The position numbers and the translations under genes were made by a program. A stretch of DNA of 64,000 bases, taken from assembly GCA_026395915.1 (NCBI GenBank), contig JAPLXU010000013.1, positions 16,428-80,427 on the forward strand. The letters run 5' to 3'. The notes under the pieces were generated by a model. It had not been told where the DNA came from, made no database searches, and was given only the letters and a program-made list of their open reading frames with translations. Source of the stretch: Candidatus Nomurabacteria bacterium. GTDB taxonomy: Bacteria; Patescibacteriota; Minisyncoccia; Phycocordibacterales; UBA9973. Shown here piece by piece: positions 33,405-41,940 of this stretch (positions within the stretch are counted from its first letter, which is position 1; each line of letters starts with the position of its first letter).

Positions 33405-33809
33405 ATGATAATAAATGATGAGCAAAAAAATAGTGTCCAAACAGTGGCCGAAAAATACGGTCTGGATTTGTTGATGCTATTTGGTTCATACGCCGAAGAC
33501 AGGAATACAAAAAATAGCGATATTGACATTGGTTATCTAAAAAGTGAAAGGCTTTCTTTTGATGCCGAGATAGAACTTGCATCTCTATTTCAAACTATTT
33601 TCAAAATAAAACGGGCGGATATCGTGTATATTCCAAGCTCTTCGCCATTGTTTATGTATATGATTTTGCAAAAAGGCAAGATTTTATTTAAGCGAAATTT
33701 AACACTTTTTCCAAACATATACACATACGCGCTGAAACGATTTGAGGATAATAAACCTTTATATAAAGCGCGTTTTGATTATTTGTGCAAGCAATATCAA
33801 GTGGTATAA
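33405..33809 (+). CDS. mntA: Minimal nucleotidyltransferase (MntA-type antitoxin)
   Basis: GSYAEDRNTKNSDIDIGY (GS..DIDI NTase motif). Start placed at the internal ATG 33405 to avoid overlap with trmD. Confidence 0.65.
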   Translation: MIINDEQKNSVQTVAEKYGLDLLMLFGSYAEDRNTKNSDIDIGYLKSERLSFDAEIELASLFQTIFKIKRADIVYIPSSSPLFMYMILQKGKILFKRNLTLFPNIYTYALKRFEDNKPLYKARFDYLCKQYQVV

Positions 33810-33827
33810 TATAAAACATAAAAAAAT

Positions 33828-34250
33828 ATGACCATCAGTCAAATTTTTATAACAGAAAAAGCGCGTTTGTTAAAAGAGTACATTCAAAAATCCAAAGATA
33901 TTTTTGGGATGGTTTCAGATGATAAGATTATTCTTGGATCGGACAATGTCTATGTTTTAGAACGGATGTTTCAGCTTGCCGTGGAAGTGGTGATTGACAT
34001 TAATAATTATTTAATAAAAGAACTTGATATCGAACCGGCGGAAGATATAGAGGGGACATTTCAAACTTTGGCTAGGAAAGATATTCTGCCTATGGATTTT
34101 GCCGTTAAAATTAGTCCGACAGTAGGGTTGCGAAATAAACTGGTTCATGTTTACGAAAAAGTGGACAGAGCTTTTTTTGTTAGCAATTTCAGAAAAAATG
34201 TCGATGATTTTGATAAATATATTTCGTATGTTTTAAAATTTGTGAAATAA
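33828..34250 (+). CDS. hepT: HEPN-domain protein HepT (DUF86) toxin
   Basis: Rx4HxY motif RNKLVHVY. 140 aa. Immediately downstream of the MNT gene. Confidence 0.65.
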   Translation: MTISQIFITEKARLLKEYIQKSKDIFGMVSDDKIILGSDNVYVLERMFQLAVEVVIDINNYLIKELDIEPAEDIEGTFQTLARKDILPMDFAVKISPTVGLRNKLVHVYEKVDRAFFVSNFRKNVDDFDKYISYVLKFVK

Positions 34251-34287
34251 AAATATGTATGATTCAAAAAATATGTCAGCATTTTAC

Positions 34288-34308
34288 GAGAGAGAGAGAG
34301 AGAGAGAG
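34288..34308. repeat. (GA)10 dinucleotide microsatellite
   Basis: gagagagagagagagagagag, lying between in-frame ATGs (34255/34273) and the surface-protein ORF start. Confidence 0.9.
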
Positions 34309-34361
34309 TAAATCTCGCTCCGCGGAAGTTTAATTTTGGTTTCGTTAAGACCATTGCGGTT

Positions 34362-37300
34362 TTGTTTTGCTTTGGATTTTTGCTTTTGGCTTTAGTGGCT
34401 GTTGCCTTTGTAAAATTTTCTCCGGTATCTGCTACAGTATCATCTACCTCTGCAACCGTTCTCGCCAAATCCGATCTCCTCCAATTCACTTCGCATGGTC
34501 AAGTTATCGGTTTCCAAAACACAGGCTTTATCCTCGCATCTCCCACACACATGCTCAAAATTGATTTTTTAAATTCCAACAACATCACGCCAGTATCAGA
34601 TAGCGCGCCAACCACACCTTCCACTTCTACCACCTTACCTTCCACAACAGAAAAAGCCGCTCCGCTTACAAAAGTTACTTACTCCAATGTTTGGAATGGC
34701 ATAGATATTGTTTATGAAGCCAACAAAGATTCTCTGATGAAAAGCACCTATTATGTTGATATCACAAAGCAAGGAGTTTCTCCAGACAGTATCAAGCTTC
34801 ACTACAACCGTCCTCTTTCTTTGGATAAAAATAAAAGTCTCACAATCAAATATGACATTGGCACAATCACCGAATCAGCTCCTCTCGCTTGGCAAATAAT
34901 AAATAACAAAAAAGTTTTTGTACCAATTTCTTACAAACTTATAAACGAAAATGATATCGGATTTACTCTTGGAGCTTACACTCCAAATATTCCAATAGTC
35001 ATCGATCCCACTTATACATGGAATCCTTTTTTGGGAGGAAGCGGGAGTGATACTGGCCACGGGATTGCGGTAGACGTTAATGGAAACGTTTATGTCAGTG
35101 GTTATAGTAGTTCCACATGGGGTTCACCTGTGCGAGCATATACTGATGGTGGTGATGCCTTTGTAGCAAAACTCAGTAGCACAGGAATTCTTATCTGGAA
35201 CACCTTTTTGGGTGGAAATGGAGAAGATTATGGTTTTGGTGTCGCCGTAGATACAAACGGAAATGTTTATGCTACTGGATACAGTAATGATACATGGGGG
35301 GTAACACCAGTGCGATCATATACTTCAAGCACTGATGCTTTTGTCGTTAAACTTGATAGTGCGGGCGTATTAACTTGGAATACTTTCTTGGGAGGTAGTA
35401 GAGAGGATCAAGGAAATGGAATCGCCGTAGACATCAGCGGAAATGTTTATGTTACCGGAACTACTAGTGGCGCCACTTGGGGTTCACCTGTAAAAGCATA
35501 CCTGTCAACTCAAGATGCTTTTGCCGCTAAAATCAGTAGTGCTGGCGCTCTCACATGGAATACTTTTGTGGGTAGGAGTAGTACTGTTGGTCAAGGAATA
35601 GCAGTTGATACTAGTGGTAATGTTTACATTGCTGGAAGTGTTGGTGGTGGCTCCGGTTTTGCCTCTATTGTTAGAGCATATACCTCATCTAATGATGGCT
35701 TTGTTGTAAAATTCGCAAATAATGGCGCTCTCACGTGGACCTCTTTTTTGGGTGGAAATGGAGGTGATGAAAGTTACGCAATTGCAGTTGACACGATTGG
35801 AAATATTTACGTAACTGGACTCAGCGACACCACTTGGGGTTCACCAGTGCGAGCGTATTATGGTTCTAGTTACGATATTTGGGCAGCTAAGCTAGATACT
35901 AATGGCGCTCTTACGTGGAATACTTTTTTAGGCGATAGTGGTAATGACTATGGCTACGGGATCGCTATCGACATTAATGGAAACGTATATGTCGTTGGAT
36001 ACACTTCAGCCACTTGGGGTTCACCAGTGAGAACATACTCTTCCGGTCTTGATGTCTTCGCCGCTAAACTTGATGGTGTTGGTACTCTTGTATGGAATAC
36101 TTTTTTGGGAGGAAATGAGACCGATGTTGGTTACGGTATCGCTATCGACATTAATGGAAATGTTTATATTGGCGGGGCTGGTCCCACTACCTGGGAATCT
36201 CCAACAATTGCTCATGATTTAGGAGCCAACACAGATGCCTTTGTAGCCAAGTTAACCTCCCTTGGCGCTCTCACCACCATCATCGTTCCCACAATCACTC
36301 CAACAGCAGGAAGTAACGGTGCAATATCTCCAAGTGTTCCAACTGATGTAACAAGCGGTGGCAGCCAATCCTTCACCCTCACCCCATCAGCTCACTACCA
36401 CGTAGCCGATGTATTAGTCGACAGTGTCTCTCAAGGGGCAATAACTTCATACACTTTTTCAAATGTCACAGGAGATCACGCAATCTCTGCCACCTTTGCC
36501 ATAGACACCCAAACAGTTACCTTCAACAAAAACGGTGGTGACACAGAAGCAAGTCCAACAACCAGAACAACTAATTACAATACAACAGTAACACTACCAA
36601 CAGCGCCAACAAAGACAGGTTATACTTTCTCTGGCTGGAACACAGCAGCCAATGGTTCAGGCACTGCATTCATAGGAAGCACTGCAGTTGTTGCAGATGT
36701 TACTGTATATGCTCAATGGACTATTAATAGTTATACTTTGACCTACACCGCCGGCTCTCATGGTTCAATCACAGGCACTTCTCCTCAAACAATCAATTAC
36801 GGTTCAAATGGTTCAGAAGTTACTGCTGTCCCAAATGCTCATTATCACTTTGTAAACTGGTCTGACTCTTCCATTACTAACCCAAGAACAGACACAAACA
36901 TAACTGACAATCTCTCTTTCTCAGCTAACTTTGCCATAACTACCCACACCCTCACTCCATCCTCAGATTCAAACGGTTCAATCAGTCCTTCCACATCAAC
37001 CACAATAAATGACGGTGACTCAGAAACCTTCACCATCATCCCAAACAACGGTTACCGCATCTCTGACATTCAAATAGACGGTATATCTCAAGGAACAATT
37101 GCTTCCTACACTTTCTCAAACGTTACAGATAATCACACTATCTCTGTCACCTTTGCTCGTCGTCCATCCGGTCGTCCCATAATTTCAATAACTCCACCGA
37201 CTCCAGTAGTTGCAACCCCTTCTCCTTCGACAAGCTCAGGACAAGCAACCACTCCGCCTCCTTACACAAATACAACAACAGTTTACAACTTCGGTACAAA

Positions 37301-37514
37301 AACTTTAAAGAATGGTAGCACTGGTGATGCAGTCAAAGAACTTCAAAGATTCTTGAATGCCAAGCTGAATCTTAATCTAACCATTGATGGCAAACTAGGT
37401 CCAAAGACTATTCTTGTCATCAAAGCATGGCAGAAAGCTCATGGTTTAACTCCTGATGGACTTATTGGAGCAAAGACGAAGGAGAGGATGAAAATCGAAG
37501 CGGAAAAATTCTAA
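34362..37514 (+). CDS. Large cell-surface protein: signal peptide, SBBP/beta-propeller repeats, Listeria-Bacteroides (InlB B-type) repeats, C-terminal peptidoglycan-binding domain
   Basis: ORF as listed starts at TTG (no in-frame ATG). More than 12 repeats of ..TW(G/N)SPVRAY.(S)..DAFV(A/V)KL..(G/A)(A/V)LTWNTFLGG. 'TGYTFSGWNTAANGSG...VYAQWT' repeat. C-terminus NGSTGDAVKELQRFLN...DGKLGPKT (PG_binding_1-like). Confidence 0.7.
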   Translation: MFCFGFLLLALVAVAFVKFSPVSATVSSTSATVLAKSDLLQFTSHGQVIGFQNTGFILASPTHMLKIDFLNSNNITPVSDSAPTTPSTSTTLPSTTEKAAPLTKVTYSNVWNGIDIVYEANKDSLMKSTYYVDITKQGVSPDSIKLHYNRPLSLDKNKSLTIKYDIGTITESAPLAWQIINNKKVFVPISYKLINENDIGFTLGAYTPNIPIVIDPTYTWNPFLGGSGSDTGHGIAVDVNGNVYVSGYSSSTWGSPVRAYTDGGDAFVAKLSSTGILIWNTFLGGNGEDYGFGVAVDTNGNVYATGYSNDTWGVTPVRSYTSSTDAFVVKLDSAGVLTWNTFLGGSREDQGNGIAVDISGNVYVTGTTSGATWGSPVKAYLSTQDAFAAKISSAGALTWNTFVGRSSTVGQGIAVDTSGNVYIAGSVGGGSGFASIVRAYTSSNDGFVVKFANNGALTWTSFLGGNGGDESYAIAVDTIGNIYVTGLSDTTWGSPVRAYYGSSYDIWAAKLDTNGALTWNTFLGDSGNDYGYGIAIDINGNVYVVGYTSATWGSPVRTYSSGLDVFAAKLDGVGTLVWNTFLGGNETDVGYGIAIDINGNVYIGGAGPTTWESPTIAHDLGANTDAFVAKLTSLGALTTIIVPTITPTAGSNGAISPSVPTDVTSGGSQSFTLTPSAHYHVADVLVDSVSQGAITSYTFSNVTGDHAISATFAIDTQTVTFNKNGGDTEASPTTRTTNYNTTVTLPTAPTKTGYTFSGWNTAANGSGTAFIGSTAVVADVTVYAQWTINSYTLTYTAGSHGSITGTSPQTINYGSNGSEVTAVPNAHYHFVNWSDSSITNPRTDTNITDNLSFSANFAITTHTLTPSSDSNGSISPSTSTTINDGDSETFTIIPNNGYRISDIQIDGISQGTIASYTFSNVTDNHTISVTFARRPSGRPIISITPPTPVVATPSPSTSSGQATTPPPYTNTTTVYNFGTKTLKNGSTGDAVKELQRFLNAKLNLNLTIDGKLGPKTILVIKAWQKAHGLTPDGLIGAKTKERMKIEAEKF

Positions 37515-37931
37515 CTATTACGAAGCCATTGACATATTCTTTCAATATGATATGTTACTGACAATATGCAAACCATTGACAGAAGTAGCAACGTGTATTT
37601 GCTACCTGTATGGATGAGGGTCGTATTGTCGGTAGGTATTGGTATCATCGCGATCTGTATTGTGATTGGTGCTTGTATCTGTTTCGACTATGCGGCAGAA
37701 CAGTTCTCCTTGTGGTGTGCTCGACATTAGGGCAGATAACGAGGAGGAAAAAAGCGCGCTGGCTTGAGGGACAACTCCTTCTTGCTGGCGCTTTTTATTT
37801 GCCTCCTTCGTAATCCCCAATTCGCATTTGACAAAAAAAGAAAAATAGAGTAGGCTGTTTGAGATTCATTGATTGAGTATTGGATGCAATCTCCGTAATT
37901 ATTATAAGCTTTAACAGGCCTTTTTTAATTT

Positions 37932-40900
37932 ATGCATACAATAGCCAAGCGTCCGAAGAAGTATTTTTCTAGATACAAGAAACCTCTCGTCGAATTTCCG
38001 AATTTGATCGAGGCACAATTAAAAAGTTTTAAATGGTTGGTGGAGCAGGGAATCGGAGAAGTGTTCAAGGAATTTTCTCCCATTAGCGATTACTCCACAA
38101 AAAAGTTTCAGCTAGAATTCACTTCTTTCTCTCTTTCTGAATGCAAGTATGATGAAAATAATGCGAAGGTAAATAAACTTTCGTATCAAGGTCTCTTGAA
38201 AGCTCGAGTAAAATTGACGAACAAAGTTTTGGGCACTGTGAAAGAGCAGGAAATTTTCATGTCGGAACTTCCTCTCATGACGAATCACGGAACTTTTATC
38301 ATCAACGGTGTAGAACGCGTTATCGTTCCGCAACTCGCGCGAAGTTTTGGAGTTTTCTTTACAGAATCCGAAAGCAAAGGCAACAGATATTTTGGCGCCA
38401 AGATTATTCCTGCGCGAGGTGTTTGGATTGAGATAGAGTCGGAAGCTGATGGAGCCATTTATATAAGAATAGACAAGAAAAGAAAATTCCCTGCGACAGC
38501 GCTTCTGCGAGCTATGGGTTATGAGAGTAATGAGGATATTTTGAAGGCTTTTTCCACGAATTCTATTTTCGAAGAAACGATAAAAACTTGTTTGGCGAAA
38601 GACGGAGTTAAAAGTCTGAATGATTCGTATGTAGAAATCTACAAACGCTTGAGAGATGGAGATATGGCTACAGCGGAAAACGCAAAAGAATTTATCAATT
38701 CTTTGTTTACACCTGAGCGTTACGATCTTTCTCCTGTCGGCCGTTTCAGATTCAACCAACGTTTCGGGAAGCCTATGGATGAAGTGGCGCTCGCTCGTCG
38801 AACTATTTCCAAAGAAGATTTAGCGACGGTGATTATGAATATCATCACTTTGAATAATACTCCCGACGCAAAGAGCGATGATATAGATCACTTGGGTCAG
38901 AGACGTGTAAGATTTGTCGGCGAAATACTTCAACAGAAAGTTCGCACTGGTATGATGCAGATCAAGAGAAACATTCAAGACAGAATGTCTATTATCGACG
39001 TTGATACTGCGATGCCTATCGCCATTATCAACCAACGTCCGCTTCAAGCTCGAATAAAAGAATTTTTCACCACGAACCAGCTTTCCCAATTTATGGCGCA
39101 AGAAAATGTGCTTTACGAAATAGAACATTTGCGCACTCTTTCGGCTTTGGGACCCGGAGGTCTCACTCGCGAGCGCGCAGGACTCGAAGTCCGCGATGTG
39201 CATCCTTCTCACTATGGAAGAGTTTGTCCTATTCACACTCCTGAAGGTCCGAACATTGGGCTCATTTTGCACCTTTCCACTTACGCTAAAATAAATGATT
39301 TTGGAATTATTGAAACTCCATATGTAAAAGTTTCAAAAGGAAAAATCACCGGCGAAGTAGTTTACTTAAACGCGCTTGAGGAAGAAAAGTACAATATCGC
39401 GCATGCCGGAATTCCTTATGATGAAAGTGGAAGAATCACAGAAGAAAAAGTAGAAGCCAGAATCAAGACAGAGCCGGGTCAAGTTTCCCGCGATGAAGTT
39501 GATTTCATTGACGTCTCTCCCAACCAAGCTTTTTCGATAGCGACTTCAATGATTCCGTTTTTGGAACACAACAATGCAAACAGAGCATTGATGGGAAGCA
39601 ACATGCAGAAGCAGGCAGTGCCTTGCGTGTTGCCCGAAGCTCCTCTTGTCGCCACAGGCATAGAAGAATTAGCGGCTCGCGATGGAGGACGTTTGGTTAT
39701 CGCTGAAGAAGATGGTCTAATCTCTTATTTAGATGCGAAAAAAATAACTATCAAAGGGAAAAAAGAGCAGACTTATCCTCTTGTTAATTTTATGAGGAAT
39801 AACAACTTCGCTGTATTTCATCAGCGTCCGTTGGTGAATGTCGGTGATAAGGTGAAGAAGGGCGATGTGTTGGCGGATACCAGTAGCACAGTAGGTGGGC
39901 AAATTTCTCTAGGGCAAAATATTTTTGTTGCCTTTCTGTCTTGGTCTGGATCAACTTATGAAGATGCAATAGTTGTTTCTGAACGTTTAGTGAAAAAGAG
40001 TAAATTTACGTCGGTCTATGTCGAAGAATTCACTTGCGTTGTTCGTGATACGAAACTCGGACCTGAAATCACTACTCGAGATATACCAAACGTCGGGGAA
40101 CTCAAACTGAAAGATCTAGACGAAGATGGCATTGTTCGCATTGGCGCGGAAGTTAGAGAAAATGATATTTTGGTTGGTAAGATCACTCCAAAAGGTGAGA
40201 CAGAACTTACTCCAGAAGAGCGACTCTTGCGTTCGATTTTTGCCGAGAAGGCGCGAGATGTCAAAGACACATCACTCCGAGTGGAACACGGAAAACGCGG
40301 ACGCATTATTGGTGTGAAGATTTTTTCTCGCGATTTGGGACATACGCTTGAAGCGGGAATCATCAAAAAAATTGTGATTGAAGTGGCTCAGATTAGAAAT
40401 ATTTCGGTTGGAGACAAACTTTCCGGACGACATGGAAACAAAGGAGTTATCTCAAGAATTTTGCCTGAAGAAGATATGCCTTACATGGCAGATGGCACGC
40501 CGGTTGATATTATTTTGTCGCCACTTGGTGTTCCTTCTCGTATGAACTTGGGACAAATATTGGAAATGCATCTTGGTATGGCGGCAAACAGTCTCGGTTA
40601 TCAAGCTATCGTTCCGCCGTTTTTGGGAGCTAAACACGAGGAAATCAGTCAAGAATTGGAAAAAGCCGGATTGCCAGCAAATGGAAAAGTGAAACTTTTT
40701 GACGGACGCACCGGAGAAGCTTTTGAACAAGATGTCGCTGTCGGTTATATGTACATGTTGAAACTTCATCACATGGTGGAAGACAAGATTCACATGCGTT
40801 CTATTGGACCTTATTCTTTAATCACTCAACAGCCTCTCGGCGGAAAAGCTCAAGGCGGTGGACAGAGATTCGGGGAAATGGAAGTCTGGGCGCTCGAAGG

Positions 40901-41102
40901 TTACGGCGCGGCTTATACTTTGCGTGAAATGCTTACTATTAAGTCTGACGATATTCTAGGTCGTTCGCAGACTTTTGATTCTATTATCAAAAATGAAATG
41001 ATTCGACCGCCAAATTCACCAGCTTCGTTCAATGTGCTCCTAAATTACTTGCGAGGGTTGGCGCTTGATGTGAATTTAAAGAAAGGCGTAGACGAGAAAT
41101 AA
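37932..41102 (+). CDS. rpoB: DNA-directed RNA polymerase subunit beta
   Basis: Full-length conserved RpoB (…GPGGLTRERAGLEVRDVHPSHYGRVCPIHTPEGPNIGL…). Confidence 0.95.
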   Translation: MHTIAKRPKKYFSRYKKPLVEFPNLIEAQLKSFKWLVEQGIGEVFKEFSPISDYSTKKFQLEFTSFSLSECKYDENNAKVNKLSYQGLLKARVKLTNKVLGTVKEQEIFMSELPLMTNHGTFIINGVERVIVPQLARSFGVFFTESESKGNRYFGAKIIPARGVWIEIESEADGAIYIRIDKKRKFPATALLRAMGYESNEDILKAFSTNSIFEETIKTCLAKDGVKSLNDSYVEIYKRLRDGDMATAENAKEFINSLFTPERYDLSPVGRFRFNQRFGKPMDEVALARRTISKEDLATVIMNIITLNNTPDAKSDDIDHLGQRRVRFVGEILQQKVRTGMMQIKRNIQDRMSIIDVDTAMPIAIINQRPLQARIKEFFTTNQLSQFMAQENVLYEIEHLRTLSALGPGGLTRERAGLEVRDVHPSHYGRVCPIHTPEGPNIGLILHLSTYAKINDFGIIETPYVKVSKGKITGEVVYLNALEEEKYNIAHAGIPYDESGRITEEKVEARIKTEPGQVSRDEVDFIDVSPNQAFSIATSMIPFLEHNNANRALMGSNMQKQAVPCVLPEAPLVATGIEELAARDGGRLVIAEEDGLISYLDAKKITIKGKKEQTYPLVNFMRNNNFAVFHQRPLVNVGDKVKKGDVLADTSSTVGGQISLGQNIFVAFLSWSGSTYEDAIVVSERLVKKSKFTSVYVEEFTCVVRDTKLGPEITTRDIPNVGELKLKDLDEDGIVRIGAEVRENDILVGKITPKGETELTPEERLLRSIFAEKARDVKDTSLRVEHGKRGRIIGVKIFSRDLGHTLEAGIIKKIVIEVAQIRNISVGDKLSGRHGNKGVISRILPEEDMPYMADGTPVDIILSPLGVPSRMNLGQILEMHLGMAANSLGYQAIVPPFLGAKHEEISQELEKAGLPANGKVKLFDGRTGEAFEQDVAVGYMYMLKLHHMVEDKIHMRSIGPYSLITQQPLGGKAQGGGQRFGEMEVWALEGYGAAYTLREMLTIKSDDILGRSQTFDSIIKNEMIRPPNSPASFNVLLNYLRGLALDVNLKKGVDEK

Positions 41103-41105
41103 AAT

Positions 41106-41936
41106 ATGGACAAAAATCAATTGGCTATTTTTGAAAACTTTAAAATAAGAAGGCATTATAACGAGAAAGAAGAAGTCTGGTATTTTTCAGTGGTTGATAT
41201 TATTGGAGCGCTTTTAGATCAGAATGATTTTCAAAAATCTAGAAGTTATTGGAAAAAGCTGGCACAACGACTCAGAGAGGAGGGAAGTCAAGTGGTGACA
41301 AATTGTCACCGGTTGAAAATGGTGGCAGCTGATGGAAAAATGAGAGAAACTGATGTAGCTAGTGTAGAAACTATTTTACGCATTATTCAAACAGTGCCAA
41401 GTAAAAGAGCTGAACCATTTAAGCTCTGGCTGGCGAAAGTTGGTTATGAAAGATTGCAGGAAATGGCTGATCCGGAAAAATCAATAAACAGAGCAAGAGA
41501 AAATTGGCAAAAACATGGACGTAGCAATCAATGGATACAGCAAAGAATGATGGGGCAGGAAATTAGAAACAAGCTCACGGATTATTGGAAAAATAATGAA
41601 GTAAAAGAAAAAAAAGAATATGCCATTTTGACGAATATTATTCACGAAGAATGGAGCGGTGTTTCTGTCCAAAGTCATAAAAAAATGAAGGGGCTAAAAA
41701 CTCAAAACTTGCGCGATCATATGTCCGACGCGGAATTGGTTTTTACCGCTTTGGCTGAATTATCCACCAGACAAATTGCTGAAACGATGGAAACAAAAGG
41801 ATTGGAAGAAAATAAAATTCCAGCAATAAAAGGTGGAAGCATTGCCAAAAATGCGCGAAAATCATTGGAGGCAAAAACTGGAAAGCCAGTGGTAACCGGC
41901 AAAAATTTTTTATTAGCAAGTGAAGTTAAAAAGTAA
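41106..41936 (+). CDS. Bro-N domain / DinD-like (DNA-damage-inducible protein D family) protein inserted between rpoB and rpoC
   Basis: N-terminus IFENFKIRRHYNEKEEVWYFSVVDIIGAL = Bro-N fold motif. Remainder (…RAEPFKLWLAKVGYERL…) resembles DinD-like proteins. Confidence 0.55.
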   Translation: MDKNQLAIFENFKIRRHYNEKEEVWYFSVVDIIGALLDQNDFQKSRSYWKKLAQRLREEGSQVVTNCHRLKMVAADGKMRETDVASVETILRIIQTVPSKRAEPFKLWLAKVGYERLQEMADPEKSINRARENWQKHGRSNQWIQQRMMGQEIRNKLTDYWKNNEVKEKKEYAILTNIIHEEWSGVSVQSHKKMKGLKTQNLRDHMSDAELVFTALAELSTRQIAETMETKGLEENKIPAIKGGSIAKNARKSLEAKTGKPVVTGKNFLLASEVKK

Positions 41937-41940
41937 ACAT

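Noticed and set aside
34362-37514. Possibility that the surface-protein gene is simply a pseudogene lacking a start
   Set aside because: The ORF is intact for 1050 codons with coherent repeat structure, and a one-unit change in the upstream SSR restores an ATG start with an ideal signal peptide. Phase variation (or a TTG start) is more parsimonious than decay.
37610-37813. 67-aa ORF (and antisense 72-aa ORF) in the rpoB upstream region
   Set aside because: Cys/Leu/Arg-rich composition, no start context, overlapping ORFs on both strands. More likely non-coding (flagged as a candidate RNA instead).
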